Assembly: GCF_009914755.1 (NCBI RefSeq)
Contig: NC_060925.1
DNA: 64,000 nt
Source of the DNA: the human T2T-CHM13v2.0 reference genome, Homo sapiens
Strand: one strand, 5' to 3'
Positions 12,947 to 25,356 of the stretch are shown piece by piece. The notes below the pieces were generated by a model. That model was not told the origin of the DNA, did not search any database, and saw nothing but the letters and a program-made list of their open reading frames with translations. Positions within the stretch are counted from its first letter, which is position 1. Each line of letters starts with the position of its first letter. The position numbers and the translations under genes are program-made.

Positions 12947-14105
12947 CTATTGTCAGATTTCTTCTCTAAATACATCACAAATACTGAAAAAAAATGTCTG
13001 GACTGAGAATCAAAAATGTGTGTTTTTATTTGTAGTTTTCTTGTTAATTACCTTTGGTAAACTAAAAATTTCTTTGTCTAAATCACCCCTTCAGTAAAAT
13101 TAGAGATTTTACTAGATTTGTTCTCTCCTGCTTCAACCAGAACCACTCTACTTTTATTATTTTATATCATGGTCTTATGTAAGATTCCATTTGAAGATGA
13201 CTTCAATTACTAAAGATATCCTTAAGACCATAGCCAAATTATACAATTTCACTTGCCAACCATCTTCTCTAATTTCATTATATGATAATTGTCAATAGTC
13301 TATTCTGAAATATAGAATATATATATAGTGAATCTATGATAGTTCTACTTTAAAGTTATTACTTTGCCACTTGAATGACATATCCATTTAAGACTTTATT
13401 TCTGAGATGATCAATAGGTATTTTATACTTAGCAAATAACAGATATTAGATTCTATACAAGTCCCTATTCTCTCAATTCAAGATAAATCTATTGGGCTAA
13501 CTCACTTTTATTAAATGCTTTTCATGTTTAAAAAATAATGTGAGTGAGGCAATCCTTATAGGGATACTTTACATTTATGAAAATTGTTTACTCTGTTGCT
13601 TTCTGGATTTAGTGGCCTACAAACAAAATACAAAATCCTCTTCCCCCACCACCCCAGCTCCAGTACTCTCATTGATTTCCTAAAGTTGTAAGTAGTCATA
13701 AAATCTAATAAATGTTGGTACTGGCCTTTTGAATCTCATGCAGTAAGTTTAAGTGTAGCTAGAGAAGCTTTATTTATTTATTTTTAGTACATTCACCAAG
13801 TGGTTCTAATGAAATGGGTATGAGGATTGGCTTTGAGGAACTACTGCATTACACAAAGCCAGTGATGAGGTGGAGATGGGAAGGTTAGCCAGGCAAGGTG
13901 AGTGAAAAGGCAGAAAAACACTTCATCTTGGGGTGGGGGTTAGCATAGGGATAGTGAGGTATGGAAAGGGAAGTAAAGAGGGAAGAAAATAACACTGTGT
14001 AGAAATAAACCACAGATTATGCAACATCCCAGTCTGGTCATTTTATTTGAACTATTCTGACAGGCTTAATCTTCCTATTGTCAGATTTCTTCTCTAAATA
14101 CATCA
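12947..14105. repeat. Exact 31-bp dispersed direct repeat (12947-12977 and 14075-14105)
   Basis: ctattgtcagatttcttctctaaatacatca occurs twice, 1128 bp apart. Confidence 0.9.
13775..13846. mobile_element. Possible MER5-type hAT remnant
   Basis: 'ttttt...caccaagtggttctaatg...tttgaggaactactg' resembles a MER5 terminus. Confidence 0.4.
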
Positions 14106-14327
14106 TGGTTGACTCACAAAGAACAATGAGATTGAAGTGAAAGACCCATGTAGAGATCCCTCCTTGAACAAAAATTTCTTAAAACCAAGTCCTCCAAAAG
14201 AAAACTGATTTTTAGAGGTTTTAAAAGGGCTGTTTTGGCCCTGATTCCAGTTACCAAGAATTCTCAAGATGCAGGTAGAGTATCCCATTAAGCATTCAAG
14301 AGATGTTTTTAATAATTAAGGGACACA

Positions 14328-14693
<366 letters not shown>

Positions 14694-16113
14694 TTAGGAT
14701 GAATAACATTTTCCTTTTGGCAGGAAACATCACTTGCTGATTGAGTTTGAAATGAAAGTGTCCCCTATTGCACATGGAATGGGTGACAGGACAATTCCTG
14801 TGTAGCACTGCTAGCATTGCCCCCTGCAGTACAGATCAGCACAGTTACACCTACCATCCATCACATGGAATACACACACACATGAAAGAAAAGAAAAAAG
14901 ATTCTTGCCATTTCTCCATCAGGATTTTTATATTAGGATGCCTGTCAATTACAAACATTTGCATTTCCTTTCTTGGCTCACTTTCTCTTCTTTTATACTT
15001 TTTGCTTGTATTTTTCTCATCTGTAATCATACTCTTCTATCATTTTGTCTAGAAATCCAACTAAAACATAGAGCTGCCTCTGGGGAAATTCTGTGCTTTT
15101 CGGTAAGCTTCTTGCTTTGCCTCAGAAGTTCTACCATTTGACTCATGGAGTGTCCTTCACTACAAACTTCTGTGACTCAGAAAGAGAAAGATGCCCTCAC
15201 TCCCAACCTTCCACAGCGTGTCTGGCTGGGTATCAGCCCACAGTTTCTGAGTTGGTATCAGACAGTAAGTCCCTGGAAGCAGGGATTGGCTACTCTGTGG
15301 CCCTTAGCACACTGTAGATCAAAAACAGTTAACTCACAACAAATATCGCTCTATGGACAGTGAGAAAAAAATTATTATTTTTCCATTATACGAAAGCTAT
15401 CATTATGGGAAATTTTAATTTTTTTTTAGAAAACAATTTTAAGTTCCAGGCCAGCACTCTGATGGTTAGACATACTACACCCTACTTCATTTAGGCCGTG
15501 CTGATGCCTTTACATATCTAAAAATTTGTTCATCAACTCCCCTCTTTGGCATAATGTGTCAAAAACTGATGCTCCAGACTCTCAAAGAACTGTGATTGCC
15601 TAACACTGGAACCAGTAACAGCACGAATAGATTACAATTCATTATTTTCTAGTCATCAGGTTTCACATTTTTGTAGGTTAGATTCTAAGTATATGTGTGC
15701 TCTTTTTAATTTGTTGTTTCGTCTAGTATTCTCTCTAATCCTGACTTGTTGGCAGACACATTTGGGGAAAAAAAATTGTTGATCGTATTCTGTCTCAGCG
15801 AGACCATTTGGAGAAATAATAGAGATCACTTCCACTTAAAATACATCCACCATGTGCTTCTTGATAAAATTCTTTAATTACTTAATTCCCCTTTTAAAAC
15901 AGTGAGCTTAACATCTCAATTTGCAAAATGAGAGCCTTTGCAGTTCAATTAGGAATTGAGCCAGTTATTCATGTATATGTATTTACTGGCATGTTTTAAT
16001 CTCAAACTAATTTAAACACCATTATTTTTAAAAAATTTATTGTTAGTATAATATACAAATTTAAACTCTACAGAAGAGTATATCATGGAAAGATGTGTTG
16101 TTTACCTCTCAAA

Positions 16114-16239
16114 TAAAAAATAATTCATAAAACCATATATAGCCCTATTTTATCTCTCTGTATCTGTCTGCCCATGTAAAAAATAATTCATAAAACCATA
16201 TATAGCCCTCTTTTATCTCTCTGTATCTGTCTACGCATG
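16114..16239. repeat. 63-bp tandem duplication (2 copies, 3 mismatches)
   Basis: taaaaaataattcataaaaccatatatagccct...catg at 16114-16176 and 16177-16239. Confidence 0.95.
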
Positions 16240-16526
16240 CCCTAATTTGGTTTCAAAAGAATTTAAGATACAATTATTATATTCTGGCTTTTCGTATATT
16301 AAAAAATGTACCACTGACCCAGAATTTTGGAAATTAAAGGTCAATATATATTATCTTACTGAAAAAAATTTTGAAATACTTTTTCAAAGTTAACTGTAAA
16401 AGCCACAGCACAGAGTTTGAGGTAATACTTGTCACCAAAGACTCAATATAGTACATAGTCCCTAAATATTTTTTCCATGATTTGTGTTATGTCTTCAAAA
16501 TTTGAAGAAAATAATATATAATATAG

Positions 16527-16842
16527 GGCTGGCATGGTGGATCATGCCTGTAATCCCAGCACTTTGGGAGGCTGAGGTAGGAAGATCCCTTGAGCCCAGG
16601 AGTTTGAGACCAGCCTAGGCAACACAGTGAGACCCTATCTTTACAAAATGAAAATTAAAAAAAAAAAAAATAGGCAAGCATGGTGGCAAGCACCTGTGTT
16701 CCTAGCTACTTAGGAGGCTAAGGTCGGGGGATGGCTTGAGCCTGGGGAGGTTGAGGCTGCAGGGAGTTGTGATCATGCCATTATACTCCAGCCTGGGTGA
16801 CAGAGTGAGACCTTATCTGAAAAATAAATAAATAAAATAATA
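16527..16842 (+). mobile_element. AluJ
   Basis: 'ttgagcccaggagtttgagaccagcctaggcaacacagtgagaccc', 'gaggttgaggctgcag'. Confidence 0.95.
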
Positions 16843-17142
16843 ACAGTATAATATGTATCTGTGAAACAGGTTTTAATAACTGATTTCAATTTGCTAGTAC
16901 ACATTTTATAGCTTAAGATAAACAATTGTCTTGGAAATAATAAAATACATTTCAATAACTATATTCTTTAATCCATTCTTTTCCCAATGGTCTACTGCCA
17001 ACCTTCTCAAACGTGATTTTTTTATAGTTGTATACCAAAAGACTTTCACACTTTTGTAACGCAGCAAGCTTTGAGCTACAGAATTTTGTTTTAATGTTCC
17101 AAAAATATCATGCAGTTTCTAAGCTCCAAAGTCTCTTTGTCC

Positions 17143-17640
17143 ACTTATTCATCCATCCATCCAATAAATATTTAATGAGTTTCCATTATATACATTACTC
17201 TGCTAATTTCTGGAGTTACACACAGAAAAGAAATGGACAGAGGTCTCAATGTTGTTGTAATCTTGTACGTTAGATATGCCCACATTTAACCATAAAAGGA
17301 ATTATAAAATAATTGCTGTGGATAAGATTCTATATGAATCTAAATGAGCTCCAAAAGTAGGGTCTGGGAAGGAAATGAAGAAAGGCTTGGAAGAGGAGGT
17401 AGTATCCAAAGTGGGACTTCCAAGTCACATAAGGAAAAGTGGATATAAGAAAATGATTTAGGGAAGACATTAGCAAAGCCAGAAAGAAAGGAAAGCTTGC
17501 ATCATATAAAGAAAATAATAGGTAATTAATTTGGTTCTGGCTCATGAAGAAGAGTCATGGAAAATATATATGGAAAGTTTAGGCCAGATTCTACAGTCTT
17601 ACATGCTAATCTATTGGACTTTGACTTTTACAATTTGTGG
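17143..17640 (-). mobile_element. L2 remnant
   Basis: 'ttattcatccatccatccaataaatatttaatgag' (antisense L2 tail) followed by a purine-rich L2-like body. Confidence 0.65.
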
Positions 17641-17669
17641 CCAGCCGGATGAGACACACATTCTATTCT

Positions 17670-18080
17670 TGGCTTTCAAAGTACCCTAAGACCTAGCCTT
17701 GGCCAACTTTTCCAACAGTGGTTGTAGGTGCTCTATTAATGTCTGTTGATTTGCACTGGAAGTGAATTTCCAACTGTGCATTCGCATGTTGTCTCCAACT
17801 TTAGTAAACTACTTTACTTAGCATTTCCCACACATAGCCTGAGATCTCTAGCTCTGTGGCTTTGCTCACAGTTTATTCCATTTGTCACTTCCTGTCCGTT
17901 TTGCTTGTTAACATACTCTTTTTCCTCATCACCCATGGTTCATTCTAAATCCACTAACTAGAAATAAACCCTATCTTCTTTGTATTTCTATTATTTTTAC
18001 TTGTAACATTTACCACATCCTGCAATATGGTACAATAATTTGAATATATTCTTAACTTTCTTATAGGATTATACATATTT
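17670..18080 (+). mobile_element. L2 remnant
   Basis: 'ggctttcaaagtaccc...', 'ctctgtggctttgctcacag' L2-like; heavily decayed. Confidence 0.45.
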
Positions 18081-20830
18081 AAAATGCAAAAAGAAGAACA
18101 TTTAAAACACTGTCCCATTGAATTTCAATGAAATTTCATCCACAATGATCAATTAAGCTCTTAAGGATATGAAAAGAATTGGGATTTGGCTGATATGAGA
18201 TGAACAGGACAGAGACCCTGAGGGCTGGGGACTTGCAATCTAGTGTGGAGGTTAAATACCTTCACTACTCAAATATCAGGCAAACTCAGTAAATATACAG
18301 GGAAAATTCCCTAAACCTTCTAGAGAAATAAAAACCTGTACTGCAGGAAAAAAAAAACAGTTTTATAAAAGATTCCCAAAACTATTAACTAGTTCCACCT
18401 AAAAGTAGCAGCAAAGATAATCAAATACATAAAATGAGCATATTATTCAATTCCCCAACTTAAAATCATCTAATGCTGGTGACTGAGTAGTTACTTACAA
18501 GTCTGCTCTATGAGCTCCATCTTTCCCAAGATATTTTTCATTGCCTGTGTGTGCCAGAAAACTGGAAAAACGTTTAACTTACTACAAGTGATTGATCCAA
18601 AAGTGTGGCAGCAGTCCTGCTATCCAAAAATACCAGGTGAAATAGCAGACAGCCAGATATGCACAGCTGGATATGTTTTGCCTCTTTTGGGTCGTCCAAG
18701 TTTACCACATGTCAGTTCAGCAATTTAGGATGGATTGGAGACAATCCAGTAGAAAGAAAGGGAAAGTTGTGTTGGTTGCAGTCTGCAGAAGTTCTCTTTC
18801 TTGTGTTCTTAATTCATCTCTTTCTCAGATGTTTGTGGTTTGTTTGTCTTTTCAGTTGTGGCAGTGGTTAATACTGCTGATGGGAAAATAATTTGTACAA
18901 CCTGGGCAGATCTTTTAAAGTTGTAAGTTTACTTAACGTTAATCTGCAGGTGCCCAAATATTACCTATTTGAAAATCCATGTCATCATTGCATAAACTCC
19001 TAAAATTTGCATCCATCAATGAGATTTGCCAGTTTTCTTTTTAATCCTTTACCACCCACTTGAAGTGGCTAAATTTAGATGTGTTCCACTGTCTGCTTCA
19101 CTCATTTAAATAACTGCAATTACAAGCTGACCTGCAAAATAAAGAGCCATAATAGGATGCTTATTTAGATCAAACTATCTTAAATGTGTGTAAGAAATAT
19201 GACTATTCTAAGGGTCCTTAACAAGATAAGGGTTAGGCCAAATTTGAAGGACAAGGGGAAACTATTCTGTCTGCCATTGCCCCAGGTCTTGGTGTAGTAA
19301 AGGAGGTCTACTTGTTTACAATTACTTATCATATTAATCTATTTCACTAAATATTTATTTTTCTAATTGAAAGTCGCTATTATTTTTTTTGCTCCATTAC
19401 TTTTTAGCACTTGCCACCTCCCCCCAATCCTCTAACATTGCCTCTTACTGTTCCTCCATCAAAGCATCAAGCATCAGATAGCAATGCTTGCATTTAATTG
19501 TGAAACAGCTTATTTGCTGTTCTTACGTAAAGGATATAGAAGCAAGGTGTGGGGCTGTAAAAGGGTACTAGGCCAGGAGTCTAATTACATTGCTGTCTTG
19601 CTGTGAGCCAACTATACAAACGTGGGCAAGACACTGCACCTCCATAGGGTTAAAAAGCCCTCGAATTTAACCATTCTCCGCCATTATCCTTGACAACAGG
19701 GTCAGGGAAGCACAGTTCTCTTTCTGTATATTAAAATAAAGAAATATCCAGATTTATGAAATTTGTAATACATTTCCATGTTTATACTTAAACAAATCTA
19801 ACACACTGAAAAATGTACTCTTTGTATAATCGCATGTGGAAATAACACCAACACTCTAAAAATGTAGCTCTTTGTGAATGTGAGACTTGAGTAAATGGCT
19901 ACTTTTCTCATACCTCAGTTTTGGCTGTGCCTCCAATTGACTCATTTTTCTTTCTCTGCATTACTGATTTGTAACTGTACTGCATCATTCTAGTCTTGTC
20001 TTCACTTTGGAGCCATCCTTGATGCTGATCAAATCATTTTAATATATATGTGATTGACACTCCCCCATTTTGCCTACAACTCAACCATAATGAACTACCC
20101 ACTGAAGTTCTTAGAGTATCTCATTCTCTCTTACATATGTGTTTGAACTAGTTGTTTCTCTCCCTAGAATTATTCTCAGATATCTCCTTTTGTTTGAAAT
20201 TCAAGACATCATGGGCTAGAGAATACCATCCCTGACACACCATTCTTAGCAAGACCAGAGATCTGTCCTCTAAAAGTGGCCTGATTTTACACATCACACA
20301 CTCCATGTAATTATGTGTTTCTAATTAGCATGTCCTAGATAAATTTATAGCTAACTAATGATTTTACTAAATGTATACTTAAAAGTATTTGGAATTTCAA
20401 TAATCAACTTGTTCACAGTACACCATATTTAAATCAAAACCAATAGGATTTGCAGTATTGGCATTCATTAAAATGATTTTGTGGTTAAGGAGAATAGGTT
20501 AGATAAATAGCACTAGGATGAAAGATGATTATTCATAAACTACATTATGTAGCAACAAGAACCTTGCCGAACCATCTCATCGGCTCAAGTAGGACTCATG
20601 GGTAGGGCTTTGGGAAACTTCTTCCTTAACTGCGGTAAAGCTCATTTACACCAGAAGCAGATATTTTCTAAAGACCAGAAATACATTTCAGGGGCAAATG
20701 AATGAATAGTGACAATGTAAATTGTTAATTTCCCCCCTAAAGACTTCACATTTCAATAGGGCTCAATGTTTTAAGCTCAGCTTAAGAATCCAGGACTAAA
20801 GGAAAGCATTTTCAGAATTGGAGCAGAAAA

Positions 20831-20876
20831 GTGTGTGTGTGTGTGTGTGTGCGCGTGCGTGCACGCGCACACATAC
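20831..20876. repeat. (GT)n plus CG-containing alternating purine-pyrimidine tract
   Basis: (GT)10 gcgcgtgcgtgcacgcgcacacatac. Confidence 0.95.
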
Positions 20877-20957
20877 CATTCTCAGCAACCTAAAATTGTA
20901 TAAGTAATTTTTCCCTATATATAATGCTGTGTTTGTGGGGATTGTCTTCTGACAAAT

Positions 20958-21050
20958 TAGAATTAAATTTCCTTAAAGACCTGTACTAAATTTCATATTT
21001 CCCTTGAATTCTCCAATATTGCTTGGCACATACCAAACATTTAATAAAAT
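20958..21050 (+). mobile_element. L2 3' end remnant
   Basis: 'ttgcttggcacataccaaacatttaataaaat'. Confidence 0.45.
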
Positions 21051-21969
21051 TACAGCATTAGTTGATATTTATTATTACTGCCTACTGAAACAATATGGAT
21101 CAGAAAAATGGTTATGTTCTTATGCTCCAAACGTTGTTTCCCCAAATCATGATCCCCATTTTTTCCCTTACTGAAAGAAGACTCAAAGGCTAGAGACTGA
21201 ACCACATGAATCCTCAAGGTTTCTTTTCAACTTTTTTTTTTATCACTATAGCAATAAATTGGAGGAACCCACTGCTGTGATTTGACCACGACCCTCAGCA
21301 TTGATTCATCTCAGGATCCTCAAAAGCACTGCTGATTTGCAGTGTCAGAGGATCCAGATCAAGTACATTTAAAGTGCTCTCAATCAAACGCAAAAAGGAT
21401 TGACTACCTTAAAGATCCAGGCTTTGATTTCAACAGTCAAGAAATTACTTCTGGCTCCACTTTCAAGGAAAACCAAAAAGTTAAAGAGAGAGAGATGGTG
21501 ATAGAATATAAATATAGTTAAAATATTTATAAGCTATAAGATTGCATTTGGCAAGATCAACTTTTCTTCTACAATAGTGGGAGATGTTCTGTGGCATTCC
21601 AAGTTGGCTCTGTGATGATATATTCTCAGTATTAATGTGTCATTTGAGAATGTCTTGATGTTTCCCACATTGATTCTCATGTCATTTACCCACCATGCCT
21701 AACAGGCACAGGAAATGGGCAACAGAAACAAAAGTTTCAGGTACCATGATGAAAATGACAAAGTCTCCTTAGCCCTGGGTATGGAAAACAGCAGCAGCCT
21801 GGTGCTTCTCTAGAGCAGCTCTGACAGTCACCAGAAGAGACGGGGTTGTTGTGAGCAACAGTAGCCAGTGGTGTGCAAAGAACTTGAGAGATGGAGGTAA
21901 ATGCCAGGCAAAATACAAGTTCAGGATACTACTTTGTACTTTATGGAGTCATAAAATCTTTATTCTGGA

Positions 21970-22110
21970 AAGTTCAAAGCCCTTGACAGACATTTCATTA
22001 GTCCTCCCTCTCTCCTTTGAGGTACACAGGTGGCAAGTGTAATTATTGTCATTTTTATGAATGGGAAAAAATGAGGCATGGAAGGTTAAGTAACACATTG
22101 AAAATTACAT
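21970..22110 (-). mobile_element. MIR remnant
   Basis: 'attattgtcatttttatgaatgggaaaaaatgaggcatggaaggttaagtaac'. Confidence 0.7.
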
Positions 22111-25100
22111 AAAACCACATAAACAGAAGACTCCACCAACCCCCTCCCTGATGCTTCCTTAAATGCCCCATGACCTTTTTCACTATGTTGGTCTTATATC
22201 ACGCTTTTCCTAAAAGCAAATGCTTTAAACAACTTCTTCTGTTCATTAACATATGCTGCTTCTAAAATTTAGAAAAAAAGGAGGCTAAAAAAATAAACAG
22301 AGTCTTGGTTTATGTTTCAAATGACCAAATAATTCTTTCTATGCTACTGATATAATCTCATATATCAAATTTATTATATTTTTAACAGAACTTACTTACA
22401 GTTGATTTTCTTAGTTCCAGTACTTCCTCTAAAAGATGCCTTAAATCCACATTGCTCAAACACATCCTCTGATTCTAAAATCTATATGTTAAAATGAACT
22501 CATGATACTGCTAAGCATCTCAGAAAAGATGAGTCAGATGACGCCTGTAAGGACCAAGAAAAGAGAATGAACTCCCCTTCTTCCTTACAGCTGGCAGAGA
22601 ACCACCAAGTGGTGATGTTGGAACTATGCACTGCACTCCACCTCCATGTCCTGAAAAGACATCTTTGCTTGGCAGCTCTTCCAATTGAAACATTAAAAAA
22701 GAGATGGTAACAGCAACCAAATGGAAAAAGCTGAAAATTACTAGAGAAGGGGGAAAATTTAACTTCTAAGAAGATATTAGAAAGTGGAAACTTTACAAAA
22801 ATTCTTCTCACCAATGAGGTTGTCCAAAAATCACCCAAATTTATTATAGAATAATAATAACTAAATTTGTGCATGAATCAGTGATGATGTAAAACTATCC
22901 TGTAAGTATTACTGAAGGGTTGTTTTTTTTTCTATTTAATTTACCTTCAAAGTAAGGCTTCCAGGATAAGGCTTTCTACTGCACTTCATTATACAATGCC
23001 ATGTTGACCTGATATATTACCTCAGATGTGAATCTAATAAGGTTTGATTTGTTATGATAAGACTAAAATGAAACATATCACTTTTTTCATGTCTCTTTCT
23101 TATAAGCACAGGTGCAATAAATAACCAGTTTCAATATGGGAAGTGTCTTGAGTCTGATTCTTAAAGACACCTTTAAAAAGATGATTTTTTCTACCATATG
23201 CAGTTTATATAGGAAAGTAAAATTGTGTAGCCAAACCCCTGTCTCTATTAGTGCTAAAATCGAGTTGAAAACTAAATGCCTGGCGACCTCATGAGGATAA
23301 TTTACAGGAGTTTACACTGCCTGGTAATACGGAGTGCTTTTTCTCATCTGCCCTTATAAATGTACAAACTGGAAACCACTAGAAAAAAAAATTGGTTTAG
23401 ATTTATCCCATAGGTTACTAATTGCTCTCGTATCAACATATGAACATATTTTTATGTATAAATACCACGTTTTCCTTTTGTCTTTTAATATACTAAAATA
23501 AATACCGATTGCTAAATACTGGCTTTGAAGCTGGTCTTAGGCTCTTAAAATGGCTGTCAAATATGATATTGATTTATTAATAACTCCCATATGGTTAAAA
23601 AAAAACCTTTCCAGATCTTTAACATCTTTCAACCATTGCAGTTAATTGTTGTGTTGAAATACTTTTCTTGATCATTCTTACCTAATTCCTTTGTATAAGA
23701 TTATACTTACTTATTTCACTGCTTAAGGATTCACATTGCTTTGGAGTTCATTTTTTCCGTAAGAAAATACTTTATTCCTGTGAGAGAGAAATGCAGTACT
23801 CATATATAACGCAGCTGTGAAACAAATGTAATACTTTATGTACTATTGTAAAGAGACCTTCTAAACTCTAATTTCCTGGGCTGATAGTGAATAATACCTA
23901 TGTCTACGCCTAATAATCATTCATAATACTTTATTTTTTTCTAACAAAAATGACAATCAGTATTGGCACATGTTATGAAATGAAACCTTTAGCATATTAA
24001 CAGCTTCCAAGACATGATTTATGGCCAGAATAACATTTGTTGTATTTATGTTACCACTGCAACTACTACTATTATTAATAATAAAAAGGGTTTATTTCAG
24101 AAATTATACAACTTAGAAATTTAACTTATAGGTGATTGACAGATGGAAATGCTTAACCATTTTTAGTTCAACCTCAACATTGTAAAGGTAGCATTTTTAT
24201 GTTTCTTCAGTGCCTTCTTTTCTTCCTGACATTCCTAAATATACAGCCTTGGAAGTCATTACTTTCCTGGCTCCCCACTGGCATTTCTCTTTATAAGCAA
24301 CACCACTTTTTACAAGAGATCTCTCCACTATAAAATTCATCAGAGATTGTGTGTTTAACATACTTCACCTGAATCCCAGTCTGTCTACTATTATATTTTT
24401 GCTTTATTCGTTAATTCTGAAGACTAACTTTTGTCCAGAAATAAATGATCTAATGGAAGAAGGGCATATACTTTTATTTTAACTGTATTTTATTGGCAAA
24501 GGATGCCTATAAAACTTTGTTTTGAAGAATTCTGAGGTTATTTAGAAGGTCTTTGGAAAAGGCTCCATAGGTATAGAAAAGGGAAGGACCAACTATGTAA
24601 CTCCCCAATCAAGATGTATCTATATTTCCTTAGGAAAGACAAATTCCCGCATCTCTATCCTCAATGGAAACTAGATATCAATATATATTGAACTGCAACC
24701 AAATTCAAGTTGCCAAGATAAAAGCAACATCACATTAATATGTCTTCTAAACAGTTGGCATCTCTGTATTTGTATTTCCAAGGTAAAATTTTTAGCTGCA
24801 GATGAGTCTTAGAAAATAATATTGATCATTTACTCTGTAGAAAGAAATACTAGGATAAAATTTTAATTCAGTTTATTGCCTTTAAATTTCCAGGGACATA
24901 CATATTTTTTACTTGATAATAAACATGCAAAATCTCAGTAGAAACTGAATGTGAACATTTTTTAAGATAACTTGAATAAAATGTAACTAATACTCTGATT
25001 TACTGGGAAATAATTTAAAACCTAAAACATAACAACTATGATGTTCAAAATACATTGAACATAACTCATTCTCTGATTCAGGATGTACTTCCTGACTTCA

Positions 25101-25160
25101 CAGTGCAATCTGGTCATGTTTATGAGCACTGATTACAAAATAAGGTCCTGAAACTGGACA

Positions 25161-25356
25161 GAGGCAGTATGCACAGTCAAGAAGTACTGGAGGCAGACAT
25201 ACTGTGTTGGCCTCCTCACCCATTCATTTTTATCAGCTCTGTGCCTCAGCTTCCCCATCTGGAAAATGGGGATGATAGTAATATTACCTACAGTTCTGAC
25301 ACCTTCACTTAACACATAGCAAGCCCTCCATAAGTGTTAGTCATTACTGTCATTAT
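25161..25356 (+). mobile_element. MIR
   Basis: 'ctctgtgcctcagcttccccatctggaaaatggggatgatagta', 3' 'cacatagcaagccctccataagtgttag'. Confidence 0.85.

Noticed and set aside
21741-21896. Exon-like segment (tttcag|...gag|gtaaat)
   Set aside because: Stops in all three frames and a weak polypyrimidine tract; not supportable as coding.
22500-22874. 124-aa antisense ORF
   Set aside because: F/S/L-rich composition typical of random AT-rich antisense frames; no recognisable domain.
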